NCBI GenBank assembly: GCA_000182565.2
Contig: KQ257457.1
Length of the DNA: 64,000 bases
Direction: 5' to 3' (one strand)
Source of the DNA: Spizellomyces punctatus DAOM BR117
Lineage: Eukaryota
Position numbers and translations under genes: made by a program. Position 1 is the stretch's first letter. Each line of letters starts with the position of its first letter. The notes below the pieces were generated by a model. That model ran no database searches and had not been told where the DNA came from. It saw only the letters and a list, made by a program, of their open reading frames with translations. Below are positions 26,201 through 37,494 of this stretch, piece by piece.

Positions 26201-27005
26201 CCGGGCCGCGTACGGACGCGCCAGTGAACGGTATTGCTCCAATCGGAGCGAACAAGGCTGTGACGAGACCTGCACCCATCCGACGACCGTCAGCTGTCGC
26301 GCCACCTGCTCCTGTTCAACCTAGTCGAAGTGGCTTCCCGCGTTTGGAGGACGATGAGCCTGTAGCTGGGAGCGCTGTGCTTGGCGGTGAACTGTTAAAA
26401 GATGATGAACGCATTGGCGGAGGTGCTGCCTGGAGAAAACCTTCCTCTGCAGGTATCCCTTCCATTGGACCTAATCACGGAGCTGGTGGACCTGATCCTT
26501 TTGGGCAACCTACATCTGGAGCACCTGGAGTTCTTGGAGTTGTGAATGGAGCAGCGCCGGGACCAGCAAGGATGTTTGACGGATATGGACCGTTTGGTGG
26601 GTGGGATGTGCCTTCAACATTAGGTGGAGGATTGGGAGGTAAGGTTTCTGCATTGCCCTCATATTGTCTCCTGTAGCCTGTTGCTGATTGTGATATTTGC
26701 TGCAAGAAGATATATCACGAACCCAACCATCATCTGCGAATGTTGCAGCCACCAGTGCACTCCCATCAGCTATCGGCCGCGGTGTATCGAATATGCTACC
26801 TCCTGGCCCCGGCATGGGACTACCCTTTTATCCGTCAACGTTTATGGGTGGATCAGCGGTAAATAGTGGACAGCCAGTTGGTAGTCCCCCCACTACGACG
26901 TCAGCCGCTACTCCTGCTAGTACCATGATTGGCCGACCTGGACACCTCCCACAGCCAGTATCTGTGCACGGGCCAAGAAGTGCATGGAACGGTGGACGTG
27001 AGTAG
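23260..27005 (+). CDS. NST1: Stress-response protein Nst1, multi-exon
   Basis: [20 protein letters not shown]...[81 protein letters not shown]; long E/R/K helix. Confidence 0.9.
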
Positions 27006-28107
27006 TTACGGGAATGTTGTGAGGATGATCTTTTATTCTGGAGTCGTCAGAGGATTGTTAAGTATGTGTTACCGGTCTAGGATACTTTTAAGACAAGCGA
27101 TGACTCGCGCACGTCAGTAGTTGCAAACCGGCTACACATCCTCCCCGCAAAGAGATGGGGGGCCTAATGAGGGCCAGATGTAGATGAGGAGTATGGAGAC
27201 GGCGGGGGCAGAGGGATATGGGGGAGTGCGGTGAATCATTTTTTTTTCAGACTTCTGTGATTTTTTTTTTTGCCCTTTTTTACTTTCGGGTGTAGTTGAG
27301 GTTGGAAGTTGGGGATAGTGTTTCTTCCTCTTTTTTTGTTTTTTATGGAGGATCATGACGGAAATGAATATGCATACGCTATGTGATGAGAAACATTTCA
27401 TTTTCTGCAATCCCAACCATTGCGTTTTTGAAAAGCAAATGATGAACAAAAGGGCAATGGCACGGAACAACAACGAGAATCACACAGAAAGTTATGCTTG
27501 ACTTTTCTAAACGCTTTTTGACGGGATTTACTGCATTGCCGTTATTGTCGTTGACATCTGTTATTCCAAAATTGACGTGATCGAACGCATATTACGTGGC
27601 CGAACCTCAAAAGGGGGGCTCGGAACCGCGCGAGCATGTTGGAGGGGGGCGGCCTCATTTCAAACCTGTTTTTTTTTTTTTTTTTCCAACGCTCTTGGCT
27701 GGCTTCTCTTTTGGTAGCTTTTGATCGAGTTATCGCTGTGCTGCAACACACAAGCGGTTAGGGTTTCTCTAGCCTGCTGTCGTGACTATCCCCACCTTTA
27801 CTGGTCGCGTTTATGGGCGAGTGTACCTGAACAAAAAAGAAAAGGGACTTGTTTTGAGGCTGTCAGCGCCCGTTGCTGGTTGAAAGCCTTATTTTTCTAA
27901 AGGCTTTGAGTTGCCCTTCCCCCAGGTGAAGTTTTAGGCATATTCCATCAAAAACACTTCACACGTTCGTTGCTGACTGTCTTGCCGCGCCAGGGGGTTC
28001 ACACTGCGATTCGATATTCCCGCGTCGGTTTCGCCTTTACGTTTGGGCGGGCGACCAACGCCCTTCCAGAACCGGTTTACCATCCTTTTTCACTGTGACG
28101 TGACCTA

Positions 28108-31100
28108 ATGTTCCGTCCGCACTCGGACCCGCTAGCTCTCCCTTCCCTTCCGATTCCACCGCCTCGTACTTTTTCTCGCAATAGAGCAAAGAGTGCAGAG
28201 GTTTGGGTTGACGTCCAGCGACGACTTGGCGGGGGAGACCCGGAACCGTCACCACCATTACTCTTTCCAAAGCTGGGGAGCGTTGGACACGAGATTCGAG
28301 AACCACAAGCACCTCCCATAGCGCCGTTAGCATCGCCGCTCCCACCACCTCCTTCACCTTCTCCGCCTCTCAGTATCAACTCGCTTATCGATGACTATGA
28401 CAGGTCTACAGAAAGCTCTGGCACTGAAAATGAGGGAGATGTCTTTTTCACCCCAAGAGACGACCTTGCAACTCCCAATGTAACGAAATCACATCGGCGA
28501 GATTCCTACTTTCACATGGTCATACCGGCTTGCACATCATCATGTCGGGGAGGTCAACGCTCATGCTCAGATATTGGGCGAAAACTACCTAATCCCGAAG
28601 CGCAAAGTGCTCACCGACGAAGATTTGCGTCCGATGATCTCCCCTTGTCATCGCAGACACCGGATGACGAGCGATGGAATCGTTTGATTGGAAAGATGGA
28701 AGCATGGATGGGCATGCTGGATTCTTTATCTGAAAAGTCTGTCCTTCGCGGGAGGTCGCCTACTCCCCGGAAAAGATCACCACCACCGCATCATCCTGAT
28801 GGCATACAAGTTCGGTCTGGTGAGGACAACAGAATACACATCGACATTGATCCCGTGGAGTACTTGATTTCTCACAATAGAAGAAAATCTCCACAAACTG
28901 GGCAGAGAGACATTCAGAGTGAGAGTGTGGAGCACAAGGCCGTGATGGAGTGCTCTGAGGAAACACGATCCGACCAGGGATACGGGTCAGGAAATTCGTC
29001 GTTGGATAGTCCTGGGCCTCCTTTGATTACCATTATTGATGGGCGGGAACGCGAAAAGATCGATGGCGTAATGCATACTGAACCCTCGCTGCTTCAGTCA
29101 ATGGCTACAGATAGGTTTGCCCCTCCCCGTATGGCACGTACCCGGTCTGATACAGCATCCACCGACCGCACGATTGTTCCAGCTTCCCCCAGTGCACCAC
29201 AGGATAGCTCATGCCAGCCACCCGTTCCCCCAGTGAATCCTGCTCGTCGCATGTTGGAGATGTTTCCCCCTCCCTTTCAAGATGCACATCCAACTTCCAC
29301 ATCACCACAAACGCCCAGTCCATTCCTTCGAGAAGGGGAGCAACTGGTTACTTTATTTGATGAACCGGATGGGGCGCATAATATTCTGTTCGAGTACATT
29401 ATGGATACTGGAAAGGGAACTGTGACCAAATGCTTGGTGGGTGCAACGAGAACAAAGTTAATCGAGTATTTGACTGCAGAGGCTGGTAAGTTCTGATGCC
29501 GTTTTCGCTCTATTGGTAAGTGACGCGAGATCTGATTGCTTTTTATTCTGCTGACTGTTGCTGCAGATTATGAGTTTCTTGCGGATTTTTTTGTGGGCTA
29601 TCGTGCATACATGTCGGCGATGCAACTACTTAAGCTCTTGATCCTACGATTACGGTGGGCGCTACAGAATATCCATAGTGCCATCCATACACGAGCCCTG
29701 AACGGGTAAGTGAATACCGTGATTTTAACTGTTACGGATAAGTCAGTGGATATGAACTCTATATGTGGCCACTAGGACGTTCATTGCCCTCCATCATTGG
29801 TTGAAATATCATTATGACATTGACTACGCGCCATCAAGTACATTGCGATTCACCCTATCAACATTTATTATCAAGTATTTGGAAAGTCACACCGCCATTC
29901 AAGAATCCCCACTGTATTCAAGAACGGTGGAGACATTGAAAGCGCTAATACAAGAGGGCAAGGCGCGGAATCTGGTCATCAACGACAGGGCCGATGCAAT
30001 ACGTGGGAACAAGGAAAAAGCCATCGAGACAAAAGGGCAAACTGAGCTTCGTAAAGTTTCGCCTCCTCTCCCCCTACGTGGGTCCAACATATCCTCTGCG
30101 ACAACGAATAGGTCTCGTAGCTCGGAATATACCCCTGCGTCAGAAACATTCAAGCGGAAGAAACGATCCATCTTTCGTCGCCGCAAGCATCGCAACAATA
30201 TTCTCGATCCAGAGACAGATTCTGCGTCTCCAGGATCACCGCCTGCTTCGTATCGCTCCTCAGCAACCGGTTCTTATCGGCCTTTTATCATGAACTTTCC
30301 TCCTGACGAAACTGCACGGCATTTATGCGTGATAGAACAGGAATATGTTCGAGGTATCCAATGGACCGAATTGCTGAACGCTCGAGACTGGACAAAGAGG
30401 GAGGTTGGAAAGGCCGACGGAGTCTGGAGAGTAATTGATAGGTTCAACAAGGTAGCATGCATGTGAGTTTGTATCAAGGATGTTTCCTCATTCGCTCATG
30501 ATAATCATGTATTCTCAGACATGTCGGTGGGTAACCATTGAAATCAATCGGACAACCGACGTGGAGGAAAAGGCAAGAGTGATTGAGACTTTCATCCGAA
30601 TTGCTCAGGTGGGGTATTGAGGGGTGATCAGCGTTATTTGACAGGAGACTGATTTTGGACTTTTAAAGACTTCTCTGGCATATTGCAATTTTTCGACCCT
30701 ACTATCCATCTTGCTGGCCCTTCAAAACGCGGCCGTGGAAAATCTAACCAAGATCTGGTCCCAAGTCAGCTTGTCTGCCAAGGATACTCTCCGGTCCCTC
30801 CAAGACTTTGCAACCCCCTTTCGAAACTTTCGCGCCATCCGTTCTGCACATGTACGTTGTACCGAGGGTGTCTCTATCGATGCTTGGGAAGGAGAGGACC
30901 AAGTGCAACTCCTCGGCCTGGACGTCCCACGAAAAAGTACAGGCAAAGGGAAAGGAAAGCCACCAGAGCGATATGGTGCTGTTCCCTTTCTGGGATTGAT
31001 ATTGAGTGATTTGGTCTTTAACGAGGAAATAGACTGGTTTTTGGAGCCTTTTGGAGGTGACCAACCCGCGACGTCGGGCGAGCCAGGCGGTTCAACGGAA

Positions 31101-31262
31101 AGACAACTGATCAATGTGCAACGCGCGAGAAGGCTGGCAAGGATTGTAAAACATTTTAGGGCCTTTCAGCATCCGCTGCGTAGGTACGAAATTGATATTG
31201 ATGAGAATCTATGGAACAGCCTGGTTGCTTTGGATGGAATTTTGGAGGATGGTAGGGCGTGA
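28108..31262 (+). CDS. Ras-family guanine nucleotide exchange factor (REM + CDC25 domains), multi-exon
   Basis: GATRTKLIEYLT|..FLADFFVGYRAYMS (REM); ARHLCVIEQE, VIDRFNK, NFSTLLSILLALQ, VPFLGLILSDL (CDC25). Confidence 0.85.
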
Positions 31263-32197
31263 ATCTTTTCTTTTTTTTGCATTGGCGGCGAGTTTTGCAT
31301 TGTATATCCCTCGTTGTGCGTATATTGTTTTCTTTTACGTAGCATATTCTGTTTTTGTATATATGAAAGTAGTGTTAGATGCGAGTGTTAGTCACTTTTA
31401 GTACACATGAGCGAAGGGGCAGGAAGTTACCATGTGCAATCATCTGTGATGGTAAAAGTTGAATTGTCAAGAGATTTATGATGGGTTGCAAAGGACTGTC
31501 GACTTTTTGCGCTAAAGCACTGGAGGTTACGCTGTCAAAAAGAAGCATCACTAGCATTCTAAGCATTCTGCAGTTAATGCACAAGTCTTGTCGCTTGCGA
31601 GGTTGATTTCTTTTTCGTAACTTGCAGCGAGGGCGAAATGACTGCTTCAAGCCGTTTTATTTTACAGCATCCAGGCATGAGTGGGCACATACAATTGATT
31701 CAGGGCGAAACCTTGAGAGCGGATGTAGAATCGTGCTGGAATCGATCAAAAAGAGACATATTCATCCTGCTGCTCTGATGTCCTTGTCTGCATATCTTTC
31801 TACTCAAAGCACGTTGATTTTGGCTATCTACATACATGGGCGACAGCCAGATATAACTCAGGAATGATCCTGCGCCCTTACCAGTACCATAAATTTCTGT
31901 AAACACCCAAAGAATACACACAGCTGTCCCGATGACAAGTATAATTACTGCCATAAGATGCTTCGTGCGATAGCATGGTTTAATATCAAGACATGACATG
32001 CACTTTTTCAGTCAAAGCTTTGACTTTTCCTTCAACGGCCTCGCTGCTCCTGGGCCGTCAACTTTTGTTGAGCCCTAACTGTAGTATGTTGAAATGTCAT
32101 CCGAGACTTGTTGCCATGGTAATTAGTGATTAGGAAATGGAGGTGACTCTCTTCTCCCCAAACGAATTACCCTATGCGATCACACTCCCCATTCTCC

Positions 32198-33490
32198 ATG
32201 AGCATCAACAGAATTACGCTACGATGGTTGCAGTCAGCCATAATGACTACGGCGTCCAGGAAGCAAAGTATCGGCTGCGCGTTCTGTAGATCACCCATTG
32301 TCCGTAAACCACACGCAGCTACCTTCCAAACCTCGGCAGGGCTTCTGGCTAGAAAGGCTCGCGGCGTGCAAAGCGACGAAAAGCCTCGAGTGACAGACTA
32401 TAGGATTGACGAGCTTGCTGATGAGATTTTGGATGAGATTTTTGATAAGGCACCCAGGAAAAAACAGTCCGGGGAACGGAAGACAGCGGTAGATCCCAAC
32501 GACGAACCTTGGGATAGGTCCTCCTTAGGACGCGAAACTGAAGCTAGCAAACTATCAGGGGAAAGGGTGGATGTCAGAGGTGATATTAAGGAGGAGGCTT
32601 CTAGAAGCGAGAAGTTAGATCAGAGTGCTGTCGACCCGCTCGCCAAAGGCAGCGACGCCCTCCCACGTTCTCAGTACGCTCAATACGGCATCGAATCCGC
32701 CGAGGACCGAGAAGCACGCCGTACCATCGAGCAAAAGTACTATGACGTGAATGAGCCTGAGCGAGGATCGCTGTCTGACGACTGGTATGTGGACGAAGCG
32801 TACAATATCGCAGGGGAAGCGCCAAAGCCGTCCGATTTTGTCCCTCGATGGATGCGTGGCATTGAGATTGCCGAACAGCGTAGTCAGGGTATAATTGAGG
32901 AGGAGGAGATAGATACGAATGGGCCATTACGACTACAGCAGGTCGTGGATGTGCTCCGAGAAGAGAAAGGGACGAATCTTGTGGCAATTGATATGCGTAA
33001 CAAGTGTGATTACGCGGATTATATGATCATCGTAGAGGGGAGGTCCAAGAAGCAGATTTATGCCCTCGCAGACGCTGTTCGACGAAAGGTGATTGTGAAA
33101 TGGTTGGTTTACCTCGTTTTTGCTGTCGTTTGTAACTTTTTGTAATCTCAGGCTAAACATCAAGTTGGACTGGACCCCTCAATTCCACATAATCTCACTA
33201 TTGAAGGAACAGATTCAGAAGACTGGATGGTTCTGGACACTGGCCGCTTCATAATCCACTGCTTTACTCCCGAAGCAAGGGCGCGATACAATTTGGAAGG
33301 ACTATGGACGGCCATCAAAGATCCTTTGCTTGCATTGGTTCGAGATGCTGATATAGAACAGCAGCAACTTGCTGAAGCAGGAAGAGGATGGGATTCCCGT
33401 CCACGGGAAGAGTTTAGAATCAAGGACATTGAGAGGAGGCATGTACCAGGAGAGGAGGAAGTTGTTGAGCAATTCAATGCACAAAGATAG
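32198..33490 (+). CDS. Mitochondrial ribosome silencing factor RsfS/Iojap (MALSU1/Atp25 N-domain-like); 1 intron; alternative ATG at 32174
   Basis: Arg/Ser-rich presequence-like N-terminus; LVAIDMRNKCDYADYMIIVEGRS; DWMVLDTGRFIIHCFTPEARARYNLEGLW. Confidence 0.85.
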
Positions 33491-33974
33491 AAATATAGCA
33501 CTATTTAAACATGGATTGCTATCCTTTCCCTGTGCATCCATTATTCTCATGTTGTTTCCGTCTGCCTTGCATTCCTTCATCGAATTTAAAAGCATTTGGA
33601 TGTCATCGATCCATTACGTAACCCACCAGGGACAATGAAGAACACCCCTGTGTGTCACTCCCGTGGATTGGGAGCCCTTGGGGCCTCTCCGAGTTTTCTT
33701 GTTTCTCGCATTTGACATTTGTGTGCACTTTCAAACGGAGACGGCTGCTTCATACTGTAGCTTGACCAGCTTTTGTGGTCGCGGTCCATCTTTTTGAGGA
33801 TTGGTATTCGACCTGTTTGCCATACGCGCTCGCAAGAGTTGATCTTGCGCACAAACAGACACCCAGGGCTCTCGTCTCCTTCCAACGAGTAGTGCTCTCG
33901 CTTCATTTGCGGGCGCAGACGCATTGATATCACCTACTTCTTGCTACGCGTGCAACCGGGCTGCATTTGTCAAC

Positions 33975-36062
33975 ATGATACGAGAGGTTGGTTTTGGCAC
34001 TGTGGGGTGGTGCGATCTTTGGAAAACCTTTGGTGCTAACCCGAATGTTCCTAGGCTCTTCACCGATATATAACGCAGCCCATTGCGGGTCTTCTGGAGC
34101 CATATGTACGAATGGGATATGAGGGCCTTACGTCCAACAAAACGCAACGTTTCGCGCTGAATACTGCGATATTTGGTGTCGTGTTTGGGGGGCTTCTGGG
34201 AATGGCTTTGGCGATTTATGGACTATTCTACTGGATATATATACCGCAGGTCTCTCACGTCATTCCGGTATATATGCAGTATGGGTAGGTTCCGAATTTC
34301 ACTGTGTGATGGATGCCATGATAGTGACGAAAATTCATGATTAGAGGGCCAGGGGAAAAGATGCAACCCTCTGCGTACGTGGATTTCACTGGGGCGAACT
34401 CGAGGCAACAGGTTTGTTTTACAGATCAAGCTGGAAAAATCCTTCCAAGTTGTAGATGGCTGATAATGGTCTACACAAGTCTGCATACCTTACTCCAGAT
34501 CAACATTACGACCTTGCTCTCGAACTTGTCGTACCAGACTCGAACAACAATTTTGAGCTGGGAAACTTTATGATTTATATCGATCTTCAAACAAAGGATA
34601 ACAGGACAACGGCATCGAGCAGTCGCTCGGTACGTAGTGGGGCATAATGTGGAAGGAAGCCTCGAAATAACTCAACTTTCATTTTGCTCTTTCCAGGCCA
34701 CGTTGGAGTACAGAACTCCATTGTTAAAAACGATGCTCACAGTTGTGAAAGGGGTGCCACTGGTTTTGGGGCTGACAAGTGAGGCTCAGACGGTCAAAGT
34801 TCTACTGTTGGAAAAGTACGAGGAGAGCGAGGTTGGAACGCGCACGTCCGCTCTATATACTGTTCTACTCTAACAACGTTCCCTTGTGGGGATAGGCATA
34901 TCCAATTCACCATGCTCTGATCCGACTGTCAGATAATCGCTTGCAACTATACCAAACTAAACTTCACGTCGATGCCAACTTCCAAGGTCTGCGATTCTTC
35001 ATGTATCATTGGCGCGCCACCACCGCTGCAGTATTTGTCAGCGTCTTCATGTTCTGGGAGACAGTCTTTGCGTTTACGCTCTGGAGGCTTTTCTTGTCCC
35101 TCTTCAAGCAACGAGCGGACACCGCGAGCGGAGAAGAAATTGATTTGAACGGTACCAGCGAAAAACTCGGGGCAGATATGGAGGATGTGGAGCGATTTAG
35201 CGCGGATAAGGCAAGCGATGAGGACGACAGGATCTATGTTCCCCGCAGCGTGGTAGGGCAAGCAACCCATCTCCCATCTTCACCCCGGTCCATGTCTTCT
35301 GCCCCATCATACCACTCTGGAGCAGTCCCTATGGGCTCACCTCCCCAATATGCAGCCAGCCCTCCAGGCTTTGAAGATCGTGGGAGAACATCACCCATAC
35401 GACTCCATACAGGATCACCCTACTCGTCGGCTTATTCTTACGCCTTCCCATTCAGCAGCGCTGGAGGGTTGAATGGCCCGGCAGGTGCAGGGATGTTACC
35501 TTTTACGGGGTACTCTTCCGTCTCAGCATTACGCGCGGCTGCAGTGACGGCTGCAACATCTACTGGATCTGGTGTGTATACTGCTCCCCCACCAGCACAC
35601 TATATGCCCCAACCGTCGCCTTCCATCCAACCTCAACGTGCACCGACTCCAAGCACGACGGCCGAAGCCGTTGCTCACAACACGCTTCTCAGCCCCGTGC
35701 TTTTAAGCCCAGAACTCCAGACCCTAGCCGCCTTACGGGACGCTAACCCCGGTATGAGGGAATCGTATCCACCTGGCCTCAGATATAGACGCAGGACACC
35801 CGATGGCCGCTACGAGACCATTGAGAAAATTGGTGACGTGGATCCGGAGGACATTGTACGAGGAGTCGTTGTGCGTCTGGATGATGCGGAAATGGAGCAG
35901 ACAGTTCCTATTATCTCTGCTGCTGCCGAAGGTGGGGAGCATCGCAGCGAATCGGGTGTGGTGCCTGTTGGAGGTGAGCCGAGCAGGGTCGACGATGAGA
36001 TGGTGTCCTCAGACCTCCCGAGGGAATGGTGTGTTGTTTCCGACGAGGAAAAGGATGCGTGA
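33975..36062 (+). CDS. Seipin (BSCL2/Fld1) lipid-droplet biogenesis protein, multi-exon
   Basis: TM1 ending YWIYIPQVSH..PVYMQY; YDLALELVVPDSNNNFELGNFMI; ANFQGLRFFMYHW followed by TM2. Confidence 0.9.
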
Positions 36063-36791
36063 TCAAAGTATTCTTCTTATGTATCATATTGCTTTGTATT
36101 TCTGTGTATGCTTTATTTTTTGGTACAGGCTGGGTTGGGTACTTGCAAAATATATTATTCTGCTTTATGGTTGCAGTTCTTTGATATAGTATAACCCTTA
36201 CAGCCTGACGTTGAGCACGCGGCCAGATTACTAGTCTTCACACATGATCATGTCCTTCATGTCCTGTCGGAGAAGCCAATGACTCCTATAATTATATCCA
36301 AAGGGTAAAACTTGTGCAGGATGTGGATCGTCATCTTTGCTGGAAGGCCAGAGGCGAAAGACATCAACAAATGGTCGCAAGGCATCAGAAGAAATATAGC
36401 AACTCACGGGAAAGTGCGCAACCATTCAATCTATTCACTTTCCATTTCCTGATGTACATGGCTGTAGGGAAGATATGCCCAATCAGGACAATTCTGCCAG
36501 GCATACGCTGTGAGGCCATCCCACTCTCCTGCAATCCAGCAGGTCAGACCGCAAAAGAAATCAACCGTGCAAAGGTATGCATCTTTTCTGCTCGTGGCCC
36601 CGCTTCCCATATTCCTATACATCGTTGTCCACATTGGCTTGAGTTCCTGTCGCAGCAGTGACCATTTTGGTTTGAATTCATTTCGTTTTGGAACAATGCG
36701 AGGCATGTTGCATCCATTGAAGAATATGTGGGTGACAAATTCAAAGTGGTCGAGAATGCATCATGATGTGCGCACACATCCCAATTGCTAT

Positions 36792-36992
36792 GGTTAGGGT
36801 TAGGGTTACAGGGTGTCCCCACTGGGTTATTTTTCTCAAGTGTTCAGATTTGAAAGCAACCTTAATTAAAGTTGTTGAGAATGGTCTAAAATGAGGGAAT
36901 ATACAATAAAATAGCAAAGAGTTCAGTGATTTTTTAAAAACTTCAAGATTAGAGTTAGGGTTCCCTAACCTTAACCCTAACCCTAACCCTTA
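36792..36992. repeat. Interstitial telomere-like repeats, including an inverted TTAGGG/CCCTAA junction
   Basis: GGTTAGGGTTAGGGTTA at 36792; TTAGAGTTAGGG-TT-CCCTAACCTTAACCCTAACCCTAACCCTTA at 36949-36992. Confidence 0.85.
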
Positions 36993-37494
36993 GTTGCTCC
37001 TGTCGGACTGCACTATGATGGCGGGGTTGACCCATAAACTGATTGTCTTGTTACATTGGAAATTGCAACTATTCTAGTGCATTTGGTAGGATTTCGCAGA
37101 TGCGTTTGCCTATTCTCCTGGCATTTGATTTCTCAGTACGAATCTGAAGTGGTGCAGGAACGGTGCTGTGCAGCACGCTGAGATTTCTGAATATTCCCAC
37201 CCTAGTGCCCAATCCGGTTGAGCATGCTGCTTTAGTTATATCTGGCTCATCGAATGATTGGATCCTTTCATATGAATTGATAGCATAGTGATCGTGACTA
37301 TAGTAAGCAACGTCCTAATATGTGGAGGATATTTAGGTCATTGCGCATAGGGTTGTTTCAAAGATAGTCATCTTTCACCCATTCCCCCTATTTCGTGTGT
37401 TTATCCGACTTTGTTTATGTAAAGTATGTATGAGGTTCACATCTAGTCTACAATCTAAATTATGTCTAAACCGCTAGTCCACATCTAAATCTAT

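Noticed and set aside
31700-31999. 99-aa minus-strand ORF with one hydrophobic stretch
   Set aside because: No homology cue or splice support; may be a chance ORF
36963-36992. CTAACCCTAA as a telomerase RNA template
   Set aside because: Occurs as a tandem multi-unit array beside inverted repeats, not as a single 1.5-unit template
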